Assembly (NCBI GenBank): GCA_030704615.1
Contig: CM060732.1
Span: 62,434,001 to 62,498,000 of the forward strand
Direction: 5' to 3'
From: Takakia lepidozioides
Taxonomy: Eukaryota; Plantae; Bryophyta
DNA: 64,000 bases
Shown: positions 41,060-53,737 of the stretch, piece after piece
How the letters are laid out: every line of letters begins with the position of its first letter
How positions within the stretch are numbered: position 1 is the stretch's first letter
The notes under the pieces: model-generated
What the model was told of the DNA's origin: nothing
Databases searched by the model: none
Seen by the model: only the letters and a program-made list of their open reading frames with translations
Program-made: the position numbers and the translations under genes

Positions 41060-43548
41060 CCTGCGCTGAAAGATCCAACCTCAGGATTGCTGGTTGACAA
41101 CCCAAAATCCATGGCGGAGATTGCTGCAAATTATTTCCAGAGGTTGTTTTGTCAACAGCAACCCTCAAAAAGACCAGGCTAGAGCTACACTCATACAGCA
41201 TATTCCATGCCTGGTATCACAAAGGGTCAAAACAGCGCTGGCTTCTCCCTTTACAGTGGAAGAGCTGGGCTTGGCAGTGCAGTCAATGGCGTCAATGAAA
41301 TCACCTGGGTTAGACGGGCTCCCCATAGAATTGTTCAAGGCATTGTGGAGCACAATTGATGATGAATTCCTCCTAATGGCCAATGACATCCTCGACAAAA
41401 AGTTGATGCCCTCCCAGATCTCAGAAGGCCTCATTACTGTCATCTTTAAGAAAGGAGAAAGGGATAACATGGCCAACTATAGACCGATCACTCTCCTAAA
41501 CTCCACCTACAAGATAATAGCCAAGGCCCTAGCTCTCAGGTTGCAACCTCTCCTCTCCAACATCAAGGTAGGATCAAACAGGTTTTTTACAAGACAGGAT
41601 GATCCTTGATAATATATTGTTGGCTCATGAGGCACTCCACAGAGCTGAGGTAAACAATCAACCACTGGCCTTCCTTATGTTGGACTTTGAAAAGGCATTT
41701 GATTCCATCGATTGGACATTCTTGCTTCAAGCTCTAGAAAAGATAGGGCTAGGTGGGCCTTTCCTTACCTGGGTTCACATCCTTCTTCACTCAGCCTCAA
41801 GCAGAGTGATGATCAATGGGGTCATCTCTGGTTCCTTCCCAATTTCAAGATCTGTGAGGCAAGGGTGCCCCTTGGCACCCTTCCTTTTCCTCATTGCTGC
41901 AGACTCAAAAGCCTAGGGCACAATCATCTCACAGATCCCTCAGTTCATGCTCCCACTGCTGGATGAGACCAGGGACAATTGCACTCTCCCTGCCTGGATG
42001 GCATCGGATCAATGCAATTCTGTAACAGTGGCTCTGATTTTGGCAATTCATGACATGGAGACCACAGGATTGGGGTTCATACCAGACAGTGTTGGCAACC
42101 TCGCATTTTCTGGTGAAATAACGTTGGACAAGCGGAACCTATACCATATCAGGGTGCTGGATATGCTTGGAAAGGCCAACCCCATGCCACCGCAGGGAAT
42201 GGAAATTCAATGGGCTGTCCATCAATCATTCACCTGGTTTCTCAAGTGCCCACTGGCGGATCTGCAGTTTGATCCCTACGAGTGGAATTGGATGGACAAA
42301 AAACATTCACCATTTTTCGCCTACAAGGTCAAGTTGGGTTACTCTCTCATCAACCCGCCCCGCACGTTTTTGGCAAGATGGTCTTCAAAATGGAGCAATC
42401 TGCAGTTCACCCAGTCTAACTGGGCCAAAATCTGGAAGGCTGTCTAGAGGAAAGACAAGGCAGCAAAGGTCTCGGGTTTCCTATGGAAATTGACCCACAG
42501 AATCCTGCCAGACAAGCTAACCACAGACCAAGACAATCCTACCTGCCCTCTCTGTCTGCAAGAACCAGAGTCCATGGAACATTGCCTGTTGTCTTACAAT
42601 TTCTCGGGTAGTATATGGAGAAAGTTTTTGGGGTTCTACTCTCATTGGGCCTCCTACCCCTCCCCTCCTCCTCAGTCTTTGTTGCTTCTCAACATGGTGC
42701 CAGGTCAGGCGCAAACCCTCTGTCCAATGTGGACCTCGCTTATAGCCCATACTTTATGGAATATCTGGAAGTCAAGGTATTCCTATGTCTATGAGGGCAA
42801 GCCTCCCAGAGGCAGATCTGTCTTGTTCCACATTTTTCATGATCTGTTGACTGAGGGGAGAAAAGCGTGGGATTCGTTGTGTGCAGCTATTTCCAGATCT
42901 TCTGAACAATGAGGAAGGAAGCTATTTCAAGATTTCATGCAGTCCTGGGGCAAAGGCAACCTGCTTGGCACCAGTCTTCCCGACAACCGCTTTGATTGGA
43001 AAGATCCCCTGGTGATGGGGAGGAGGCTGATTACAACTGGCGTCACAAGAGAGCTCGAGTTACAAAGTTAAAAACTCAATTGAAGTTCTGAATCTGAAGC
43101 ACCAATCGCTCGCCTCTCGGTCTGCAGCATCTGCAGCTCCGAACTCGTAGGCTGGAGCCTCCCCTCTGGCGGGCCTTTCTGCCGACCCTCTTTGTCTCTC
43201 CTGTTTCTCGGTTCTAAAACACCTTACATTGTTCTTAGAGCACCAATACTGCAAAACTGGATCAGTAGCTGCAGCAGGATTTCATCTGCCTTGTCTGCTC
43301 TTACGCCATGTTCTTCCCATCTACCCCCCCTCTTAGCATTTCAAATTACCTTCAAACACTCATAAAACAATCTCTGATCTCTCCTTCGTCTCTTTTAGCT
43401 GTTTTGCTAAAGTTATGGGAAGTTTCCCCCCAGTAAGTCCTCACGGCCTCTCCAGTGGTTATTTTTTCCATTGATATGACTCTACTTTTAATTAATTTGA
43501 TTAAAAGGGCCTCTATCCCCCTTTTTAAAAAAAATTAAAAACAAAAAA
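41060..43548 (+). mobile_element. 5'-truncated, internally deleted L1-clade LINE with A-rich tail and 12-bp TSD
   Basis: KSPGLDGLPIE, NYRPITLLNSTYKI, LDFEKAFDSIDW and VRQGCPLAP, then a C-terminal CPLC..EPESMEHCL knuckle. A-rich tail at ~43527-43548. TSD AATGCCCACTCA at 41048-41059 and 43549-43560. Confidence 0.9.
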
Positions 43549-44244
43549 AATGCCCACTCAAGAACTGCAGATGTGTGATGGTATCGAAACTTGGACACAG
43601 GGAGTAACTGATGGAAATGCTCCATTGAGTGTGTTGCATAAGTTTACATGGACATGTAGTGTCGCTCATAGATTTTGGAGAAAAGATCTAGCGTGCTGAG
43701 GTCGGTACTAGAAATGATCTCGAAATGATCTAGTCCCAGTCTAAGTCAAAGTATAACAGGATCCATGAGACTTCTCATTCCCAATCTAAGTTCAATCAAT
43801 GGGGAGGTCGGTTTGTTCGGCCACCTACATACCACTGTAATGTATGTGTACACTTTAAGTCTTCACCTGGGATCTGCACTAGTTTAAATCTGTACTCTCG
43901 AATAGTAAGGGACTTGGCTTGTACGATCAGCTTTGATGGAGCTGATCGGGCCGTGACGTATCTTGCTTTTCGAATGCCCGTGCCGGCCCTGTTTTCAAAG
44001 AATTAGATTGCGCTGATCTGCTGGGGTTTGGTCCTCATTCTTGGGCAGTCAGGCCAAATCAGTGTGTTGTTTTCTAAACAATCAATTGATAGACTTGTAT
44101 GATCCACCATATGTATATCCGAGCGGACATCCGCCATCATGAGAAGGGTCTTCTGGAGTCCCTTGCAGCACGAATGGTGAAGGCCTAACGTTCGACCTTA
44201 TGGAAGAGGAGACAGAAAGGGGACGTGCGCGCGCGCAGTGTGCA

Positions 44245-47200
44245 TCATTGACTGCATCGATGCCTTGCTGTGAGGTCCTTTCTGAGAATTTTTCCAGCTG
44301 CTGATTTGGGGATGGCATTGATGAACTCAACTTTTCGCACTTTCTTGTAGGGGGCAACCTGCAAGCAGAAAGATTATGAGTCCTGATGTGTGAGCTCAAG
44401 ATAAAACACCCCACAACGTGCATAGTAAAATATAAGTGACCAGTTGATGTCCAAACTGATATAAGGACACGCAGAGATCTCTCAGAGATGTGCATGTCTA
44501 GCTGAAAGTCTCACCTGTTTGCCTACAAAAATCATGATGTCGGATTCAGTCAATTCGGAGCCTTCTCGTTTTACGACGTACGCTAATGGAATTTCTCCCG
44601 CATCTTCGTCGGGAAGCCTAAGTGACAGCATCAGGAAATAGAGATCAGAGTTAGTTCAGATCAAATGTGTACATCTAGTGCGAGTTACAAAATGTATGTA
44701 CACGTTATCTAGAAATTAGAAACTGTCTGGAGGGGCGAGCAAACTTACGGAATGACTGCTGCGTCTACAATGCCGGGGTGCGTTAATAAGACTGCTTCCA
44801 GTTCTCCGGGTGCTACCTGCAGGCATACACTCCAGATTCAGACATAATGAGAACATGGATGCACCTTGAGCACAGCTACATTATTTTAAGAAAGAAAAGC
44901 GCCGCCTGGACGAGCTACAAGTTGTTATAACCTGAATTTGATCGCACTTTCTATCAATTGACCAGTGCTAATCTTAAGAATTAAGGATATTTTGCTCGGA
45001 CCTGATGGGCCTTGTATTTGATGATCTCTTTCAGTCGGTCGACAATGAAAAAATAGCCATTAGTATCCATGAAGGCCAGGTCGCCAGTGTGTAGCCATCC
45101 CCGATCATCTTTTGAGGCCGCTGTCACCTCTGGATTGTTCAGATAACCTGCCCCACATCCAAATCCACTTCACAATCAGCTGAAGTCACACTTTGAACAC
45201 CCATCATTCTAAGTTTGTTACAGTTTGACTTAAAAATCTAGGCTAAACTTGTGCACTTGTCTGGTCAATCTAGACAGCAAGAGTATTTCCCATGATAATA
45301 GTTCGCACAGTCGGGGTGGAGTATATGATCCATATCAATTATCTCGTGATCATCTGGGGTGGAGAAGGCGAAGGGTTTGAGAGAGGACTCACCTCGCATC
45401 ACTTGGGGCCCACGAATCCAGAGCTCGCCAGAAGCCATTGGGGGCAGTGATTTGCCAGTGTCCACATCAGTGATGCGAGCCTCTGTCCCGGGTACCAGCA
45501 CCCCAACAGAGCCCCACTGCCGTCGCTCATTGGCAACCACACTGAATGCTACCAAAGGCGCCTCTGTCATCCCATAACCCTGCTCGCGAAAAGAAACGAT
45601 CTTGCTCAGTAGACTAGCAATTAAAAGGACGGTCTAAACTGCATCAATTGATTAGATCGCTAGTGCCTACGTTGGTAAGAGTGTACACGTACATGTCTAG
45701 GAAGGTACAGACGAATCTAAACTGACTCCAATTTATACCTGTCGCAAGATGCAGTGAGGAAGCATGGCCTGGCACGCCCGCATTGTGTCTTCTTTAAGGG
45801 GTGCTGCACCTGCAGGCAACGATAAGAACATATGTGAGATTATGCACTGCAGGGAGATCGGACTCTACATCTTGAAGCATCACCGAACATTGCTTGAGCA
45901 AGCTGCTTCTATCCTCAATGTTCAAGAGCGCTTGAACCTTACTAACTTCCGAAATCTAATTTGCAAGCAGTATGATCGACCAGGCTAGTACCTGTAGCAA
46001 TGATCCGCAGTGTACTGAGATCGTACTTTCCCATGATCTCCATACTCTTCACCATGGATACAATGATTGGGGGCACCAACGTGGCCACTGTTATACGATA
46101 CTTCTCAATGTATTGTAGCATTCCCGAGAGTGAGTATCTCTCCATGGTTACTACACAGGCTCCTCTCTCAAGTGTTGCCAACATGACGATGCCAAGCCCA
46201 TAAACATGGTACATTGGAATGATGGCAAGGCACACATCCATCTCGCTGGTGGATGCCCCGGGCTCTAATGTGTTGTATGCAGTGATGGCGGACATGAAAT
46301 TGCGGTGGGTAAGCTCCACTGCTTTGGACATGCCGGTTGTACCCGACGAAAAGAGCAATGTGCAGGTATCATCTGGATTGGTCTCATGGTATTCGATGGA
46401 GTTGTTGGTGAACTTCTTGGCCTCGCACAATTCTGAGAGCAAGGTAATGGAGGTCGATTTGAACTTGCTGCAATTTGCATCATCACCTGTACTCATCATA
46501 CGATGAGTATGCATCAATTCCCTCGCTGAAGCATAAATTTGAAAGAAAGGTAATTGTGTTTTGAACAATCTCTAACTTGCATGTCCGTTGAAAAGAATGC
46601 ACGCAATTTTATAAATTCTGCACATGCATATACATGATACAGGTCTACAATGATAAACAACTGATAATTTAGAGGGGAGATATAATGTTACCTATAAGCA
46701 CCGTCGGCAGATTGCAAGACTGCACCTTGCTCATCAGCTCGGGCACAGTGATAACGAACTTGGCGTCTGATTGTTTTGCCTGCTTGACAATATCCGTCTC
46801 TGTGTTCAGTGGGTTGGCAGGGGCTACTACGGCACCGAGAGACACCACGGCAAGATAGACTATTGGGAACTCTGGAAGGTTTGGCGACAGCAGCAACACT
46901 ACATCGCGAGGCCTCACACCCAGAGAGCCTAATCCTGCAGCTGTTTTGGTCACCCATTTTTCTACCTGTAGTCATACAGCACTGGTCAGACTTCTGTCAT
47001 GTAAATGCACAATTGATACTCGAGTTGATTTCTCGTTGATTTGTCTAACTATTGTGCACTGTTAGAGAACTGATGCATGTATCCCTGAGCAATACATCAA
47101 GTGCAAGCTTCAGAGGTGGAACAAACACGGTGAGCTTACATTTAATTACTTTAGCGGATATCGAAAAGTAAATTATCCTAACTGACCTGAGAGTAGGTGT

Positions 47201-47453
47201 AATGGATCCCGCTTGTGCCATCCACCAGAGCTGTCTTCGAAGAGTAGCGCAAACTAGCAGACTCAAGAATAAAGGCAGCCAGATTTTTGTGGGTGAAAGG
47301 AGCTAGGTGGTGCTGTTGACTCCTGTAGATTATCTCACTGGAGTCATTCTGCTTGATGTCACAATGCGGCTGTGACACAAAATGGAAAGCCGCCTCCGAG
47401 TTTGGCGAAGATAGAGCTGATCTTGGGGATGGCGGTGCGCAGACAGCGGCCAT
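44245..47453 (-). CDS. 4-coumarate:CoA ligase-like acyl-CoA synthetase, copy B (inverted paralogue of copy A)
   Basis: Same exon structure and near-identical protein ([14 protein letters not shown]..., [25 protein letters not shown], ...ARHRCSQ*). ATG at 47453, stop at 44245-44247. Confidence 0.9.
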
Positions 47454-48959
47454 TGTTGCGGAGAGGGTATTGTGAGACAAAACTGGAATATATGGTCTCG
47501 AGTCTGCTGAATGCTTTACTCACAAGAGCTCTAGAGCTTCGGAAAAAGGCCCTAAATGCACACGCTCTGCTCGGATTCTAACTTCCGCTCCAGAGAGAGA
47601 CGCTCCTGCAGAGAGACTTTTCACGTCCGAGGCTTAAGGGACCTGCTCAAGAGAAGTCACCAGAGAGAGCTTCAAGAGTTTTTCGGCACTTCCAAGTGAT
47701 GGAATAGCTCGATCTAGAGAGATGAGGAAGGAGGCAGCGATGAGCAGCTTATATACGGGTGTTGGTCAAGCCGGCTCACGAGCGTCTGTGGCCCTGACTC
47801 CTGATGAGTTGGGTGTCAGTCAAACACTTTGACCATAAATGAGACTTGTAGTGTCCGCTTTTCTTTGTATTTCCAGCCACACGTGCTCCATAGGAGCCCC
47901 AATCAGTGGACCAAGGTGGACAAGTCTGCATTTTTGTGAGCTAACCAGTTTAACCTTGAATCCTCCTCATGTTATCTGCAAGCGCATAGTATGATTCTAG
48001 TGTATTTTGAAAGCACCCATTGCTTTTTTGGATATATGGATCTGAAGTCCATGCGTGAGGTGCCACCAGGAGGTTTGGGAGTATCTCAATAGCACATATA
48101 ATAAGCTTACTAGTCAACAAAGACTCGCAGGAGTCAGAAAGTGGGACCCATTCTTCGCAATGTTCATGAGTTTGTCGTGGATTTTTTCAGCGTTTTCAGT
48201 GCTTATTATACTTGTAAACGAGTTGGACTTGGTCGTGGAGTCAACCAGCCGCCCCCTTCTGGGGAAAGCCTTCCTTTCTCCGGACAATCTTGTTCTAGTC
48301 CCGTTCTAGTGTTGATCTGCAGGGGATCTAATTCTATTTGATATGTTGGACAGGATCTCATCTCTTAAGATTATAACGCCTCTCTCAGCTTGCTGTATTC
48401 TAACTCTTTAGTTACTTTTTCTCTTTCTGCACGCGAGTACTGGGTGATCTCATGTGAGAGTCTGCAAGTTGACCGAGCAGGCGACTTCTCAAATTACTGT
48501 CCACTTCGTTATGCACCTGCCTCAAGGCGATCCTTGACTGGTGAATGCTTAAGTACAAGTTAAGTGTAGCTTGTTCAATCTCCCGGCCTATCGATTTCTC
48601 CTCCGGCTAACATTGCTATCAAGGCATCCATCCGGAGGGCACAGTTTGTAAATTACTGCAGGGGGACCAGCAACCGGATTATGAGTACCTTTATCGAGAT
48701 CAAATGAAAATTGTGCAAGAGCTTCCAAATCTGCAAATTGAGCTAGTTCTAATTTTTCAGCTACTTGTTCCCTAGCTTTCATTTTCAGAGCCGCAGATCC
48801 TGCTCTAGATACGAAAATGCCCACATAATTAAGTAGGGCCAATTCCTGGATTGAACATGCTGGCTGTTACGACTGTTATCTCAGTAGAGCACCTTACAGT
48901 CTGACTACTATTTCCATATGTCTATGTACAACTTGCACCAAGCAGCTCATAAAAGCAAG

Positions 48960-49560
48960 GACTATCAAATGCACCTAGGCCTGGGCCTAATAGACAGACG
49001 ACCAAAAATCCCCCTAACAGTCATATCAAAAGAAGACAGAAGCTCCACAAACTGGCCGGGAGTGTTGGGGGGGGGGGGGACCAACGCAAGAGATAAGTTC
49101 TAAGGTCGTTGTAAAAAACATTTAGTGAAAATGCCATGGGCTACCTGCATATCCCCTAGTTTGGGAAGAAGCTCTATATGGCTTGTATCCTCTAGCAAAG
49201 CGTCTTGGAGGAAAGATGTTATGTAAGGGGTAGTACCAAAGGGAACACCTAACACTCGAATACCCTCAAATGGCACCTACTAGAAAGTCCATAGGGCCGG
49301 CACGAAATCTGAAGACAGACCAGAGGGTGACCAAACTGTGGATTTGTGGGTTGGACAGTGAGCCCTCGAGAGTGGAGTTCGGTAGCAAAGTGATGGAAAG
49401 CCAAGAGGATATCACTGGGAGTGCCGGTGATGTGGGTATCCATCAGCAATAGAAGGAAATATACAGGATGGTCCAGAAGGCTTGCGCAGATGAGAAAATG
49501 GCTCGGAGTGGGCAAAAGCAAAAAGAGGTCCCCCTAATGGATCACCCTGACGCGTCGAAC
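48960..49560 (-). pseudogene. Degenerate non-LTR retrotransposon RT fragment
   Basis: The minus strand reads STRQGDPLG..LFAFAH (RT domain 4), then a frameshifted ...DTHITGTPSDILLAFHHFATELHSRGLTVQP segment. Confidence 0.55.
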
Positions 49561-51254
49561 CCTACCTAGCTTGGACTGGATTACAGTAAGATCTCCGGTA
49601 CAGGCGTGATGACAGTAAAACAAAGGGGTGGATGAAGCATAAAACAATCAGCTCACAAAGGGAATGAGTTGATGGCATACGTCGCCGGCTGATCGCAGTT
49701 CCTGAAATATTGTTGTTTTGGACACCGTTGTAGTGGGAGATATGGTCTCTCATGTGTTGCAAAATTTTCCTAAGTATCGTGACATTGTGTTAATGTAGTA
49801 ATGAATGATTTTTGGTGCAGCTCTGATGATGTAGTTGATATCATTCATCTGCCCTAGTTTCGTAACAGCATAGGTGGAGACATGTGCTTCAAAAAGTGGT
49901 TTGTGATGAAGAGCTTCTGCTGCGAATCAGATACGGCTTGTGAAATCTGTGGAGCAGCAGTGAGTCTTTATGCATAAACATTTGTCATTTATGGGGTCCA
50001 TGCAATCTCGTGAGCAGCGTTTGTGATATGGGAATGATGGCAGATCTAGAAACTGCAGGAGGCTTTGATGCCCGGAGTGCTCGATTAGAATAGCAGAGGA
50101 TGATCTGCGTCTGAGAGAGAATCTAAGGGCCAAGATAGGGTTTGCAAAAGGTTAATTTTTAAAAAAATTGCTCATCCCGGTAGGTGTGAACAGAGGGTTG
50201 GGACTTAGAGCAAGCGAGCGGGAGGGAGAGAAAGAGGGCTGGGACTTAGAGCAGCGAGCGGGAGGGAGGGCAAACATGGGAGGCCCGCAATTGGAGCAAC
50301 CTTCGCATCTGAAAAGCAAGCAACCCGACAAACGCTAGGGTATATGTGCGAGGACTAGGTGTCGGCTGAGAGTTCGCCGTTCTGGGGAGAGTCAGCTTGG
50401 TCGTAGGTCGAGGACAATGTGGTGAGGGCACCTTCTTCTTCGACCTATTTCAGCCTGTTTTGGGCTCTCATCAGACTCAGCCCTGAATTTGCAGCACGGA
50501 GCAGAGCTGGCATAAGTTTTTAAAGATCCTTCACGATGGTGGGACAACTGCAATCGCAAGGTGTGGCTTTTTCTTAATGTACGATCTGAAGAAGTTTGTC
50601 CATCCTGCAAATGTGGGCTCTTGGCTCCTGTTAGTGCCGTGCTTTGGTATCATTCTTGATGTTTACAAGGTTCTTGGAAGCGTCAGCTTGGTCTTAGCAG
50701 GTCGTGCTTCAATTTTTGCCCGCTCAGCTGCACCGTGGCGGCTCTCATAGACCAATCAAACATTACCTGACTACAGACAGAAGTAGCACACACAAGAGGT
50801 TCTCTTAGGTTCATGGTCAGTCAAATCCTCTATGGGTCATGACACAAGGACGAGGACAATGTGGTGAGGGCACCTTCTTCTTTGACCTATTTCAGCCTGT
50901 TTTTCCCTCCCATCAGACTCGGTTGATAGAACCAGGCAGCGGTAATGGAGGCACCTTCTTCAATACATTTCAGCCTATTTTCCCTGTTATTAGAGTTGCC
51001 CCTAATTTTAATGTTGAATTCTGCAAGTTAGCTCTTGGTGGATCTATGGTACCGGGGGTTTTGAAGTGATTTTGACATGTTACTGCCTATGTGGCAACAG
51101 GAAAGTATTGAAAACAGATAACAGAAACTAGGAGAAGCTCTGGAATGAAGGAGCAGGGTTCCGGCACTTATGGGCATGTGAAGATGCTTTGCGGCAGGCA
51201 GACTAACATAGGCTCTACAAACTTTAAACCAATGAGGCATTTCAGCATATTCAG

Positions 51255-51850
51255 GTACGTATGTCTGTCTCTTGCTTAAGTGCATCAAGATGGAAGGTCT
51301 GGAAGCTAGAAAGCAAATGCACACTCACATAATTCAAAGTGGATTCACGCCAAATGTTTTTCTACTCAACACCCTTGTCTCCATGTATGTTAAGTGCGGG
51401 AGCATCATGGATGCTCACCAAGTGTTCAACAGAATGCCTCAACGATCTTTTGATCACATGGAATATAATGTTGGCAGGAGTTACCAAGCATGGGTGTGGT
51501 AGGAATGCTTTGGAGACCTATGAGCAACTGTTGCGCGAAGGGGTGAAGCCCAACCACATCACATTTGTTTGTAATGCATGTGCAAGCCTGGGAGCTCTGG
51601 AAAAGGGCAAAGAGGTCCATGGTGACATCGTCAAATCTGGAATTGTACCCAATGTCATTCTGAACACTGCCCTAGTGGACTACATGTATGCCAAATGTGG
51701 GTGCGTCGAGGATGCAAAAGAAGTGTTCAACAGTATGGCTGAACGAGATGTGGTGTCGTGGAGTGCGATGATTGCAGGATATGCACAGCAAGGGCGCGGA
51801 TGGAGGCTTTGGAGACCTATGAGCAATGATGCGGGAAGGGGTGATTCCCT
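51255..51850 (+). pseudogene. Frameshifted PLS-class PPR gene fragment
   Basis: PNVFLLNTLVSMYVKCGSIMDAHQVFNRMPQR / ITWNIMLAG...GVKPNHITFV..ACASLGALEKGKEVH...NTALVDYMYAKCGCVEDAKEVFNSMAERDVVSWSAMIAGYAQQG, split over frames. No E/DYW tail seen. Confidence 0.8.
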
Positions 51851-53116
51851 GTGGAAAATCAAGGCACCTTCTTCAACACATTTCACTCTGTTTTCCCCTC
51901 TTATCATAATCGACCTAAATTTTCATGTTTCAAGAATTCTGCAAGTTAGTTGGTTGAGTGAACCTTTGATAATTTGGAGTGACTTTGACATGATACTGCC
52001 AAAGTGACAATAGGAAAATATCCAGAAATAGGTAACAGAGAGGAGAAGCTGTGGAATGAATACTTTCTTGACCCCAGTCAATGGTGGGACAACCATCTTG
52101 GAAAGTAAATGCCTTTGGATTATAGAGTGGTAGATGCAATTGAGAATAGGAACTGGTGTGATAAGTTGAGTTGGATGTTTGCTGGAACAAATCTAGGCTG
52201 CCATTGTCAGCTGCTAACAACAATGCAATGATGTATGCATGATCTGTGCAGAGGCATGGAAAGAGCAAGGATAGAGTGTCATCCAAGAGGGCCGGATTTC
52301 AAGCTCCAGATTATTTATGATTCCCTATGGAAGGATAGCTACAAGAAACCTGCATGGGTAGATGATACATAGTTTGGAGTGATTTTGACATGATACTACC
52401 AAAGTGACAATAGGAAAGTATCCAGAAACATGTAACAGAGATGAGGAGAAGTTGTGGAATGAATGCTTTTCTGACCCCAGTCAAGGGTGGGACAACCGAG
52501 GGAAAAAAGTGGATGCCTATTATATTACAGAAAATAGGAGACGTAACTCAATATAGACACTACGGCAAACTCTCCTTCCCTGCAAAGGATATGTTTTGGT
52601 ATCTGAGAGAATAAATATAATTTCTAAAAATATAATTTCAATATTTTGTTATTTAATAATGTTATCATCAAGGTCATTTTTTCTATAATAATAATAATAA
52701 TAACAATAAATTAAATCCATTAATATTCAAACTTAATATTGGAAATCAATTAATAATTAATTAATGCGTACCACCACTCAGGAATGAACACGTGTTGCAT
52801 AGTGACTTGTCAAAGATGTGAAATATGACATGTGTCGCATAATGGCTTGTTCAAGGTGTGAAATCTACTGTGAAACATGCCACACTGGCCTTTTTCACAC
52901 TTTGCCATGTCAGCTATGCCATCGGCCATGTCAGTGGCCATGTCACCATGCACCTTGTGAAAAAAGCCACCCGTGGAAAAAGCCTCCTGTGGAAAAAGCC
53001 ACCCATGGACTTTCCACAAGGCCACCTGAGAGCCAGGCCGTCCACGGGGTGTCAGAAAGCACTAGTCATTTCTTACACCCACGGCATGTGTGGACTGCGG
53101 CTGATTCCACAACAAC

Positions 53117-53737
53117 CAGTATTGATATACCCCCAGTATAAGATTTGAAATTTGAAATACTCATACCATACCATACCAGGCCAAACAAAAACAATATACA
53201 TACCAGACTGGTATATTAAAAGCTTAATACCTACTTTGATACCATTACCTGCCAGGTATGAAGGAGGCCTCTTCACCGACAATACCATACCCTGAGTGCC
53301 GCAATTCATAATAACAAAGAGCTGGATCTCACCTTAGGTAATTTGAGGTCACCTTACAAGAGCCATATTACAGGCTGATAAATTAGACAAAGCTCCAAGC
53401 CTAAGCAGATTTTTGCCAAAAGCGCCATTCAGATCGTCTCAATCAAAGAGCCGCAACTCTCCATGCTGTACCCTAAATCCCTAACGGTCCACATATTGAT
53501 ACCTAGGGTGCAAGCGACGGCGGTAGACATAGTACTGGTATCGACAAAGCTGCGTTCCTTGCAATACCAGGCTGGTCTGGTAGGAGCCCAGGTAATACCG
53601 TTTCAGTATATTGCCCCCAATATGTTCTGCCCGGGGTATTGTCTTAGCTTAGACCTACCCGCCTGGTCTGGTACCCTGCCGCGATACCCATACCCGTGCT
53701 AATGCCCCGCCCTCACCCCCATATCGGTCCAACACTG
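53117..53737. mobile_element. Degenerate relative of the 479-1111 hAT MITE
   Basis: Right end GGTCCAACACTG (ending 53737) matches the MITE TIR. Rich in ATACCA/TGGTAT motifs. Left end and TSD not resolved. Confidence 0.5.

Noticed and set aside
26568-47453. Functional silicon-phenylpropanoid gene cluster (Lsi2 plus 4CL)
   Set aside because: The ligases are 4CL-like (GELWIRG), not bona fide 4CL, and adjacency alone is not evidence of a pathway.
52610-52765. Very AT-rich tract with (ATA)n
   Set aside because: Low-complexity sequence with no diagnostic ends or motif.
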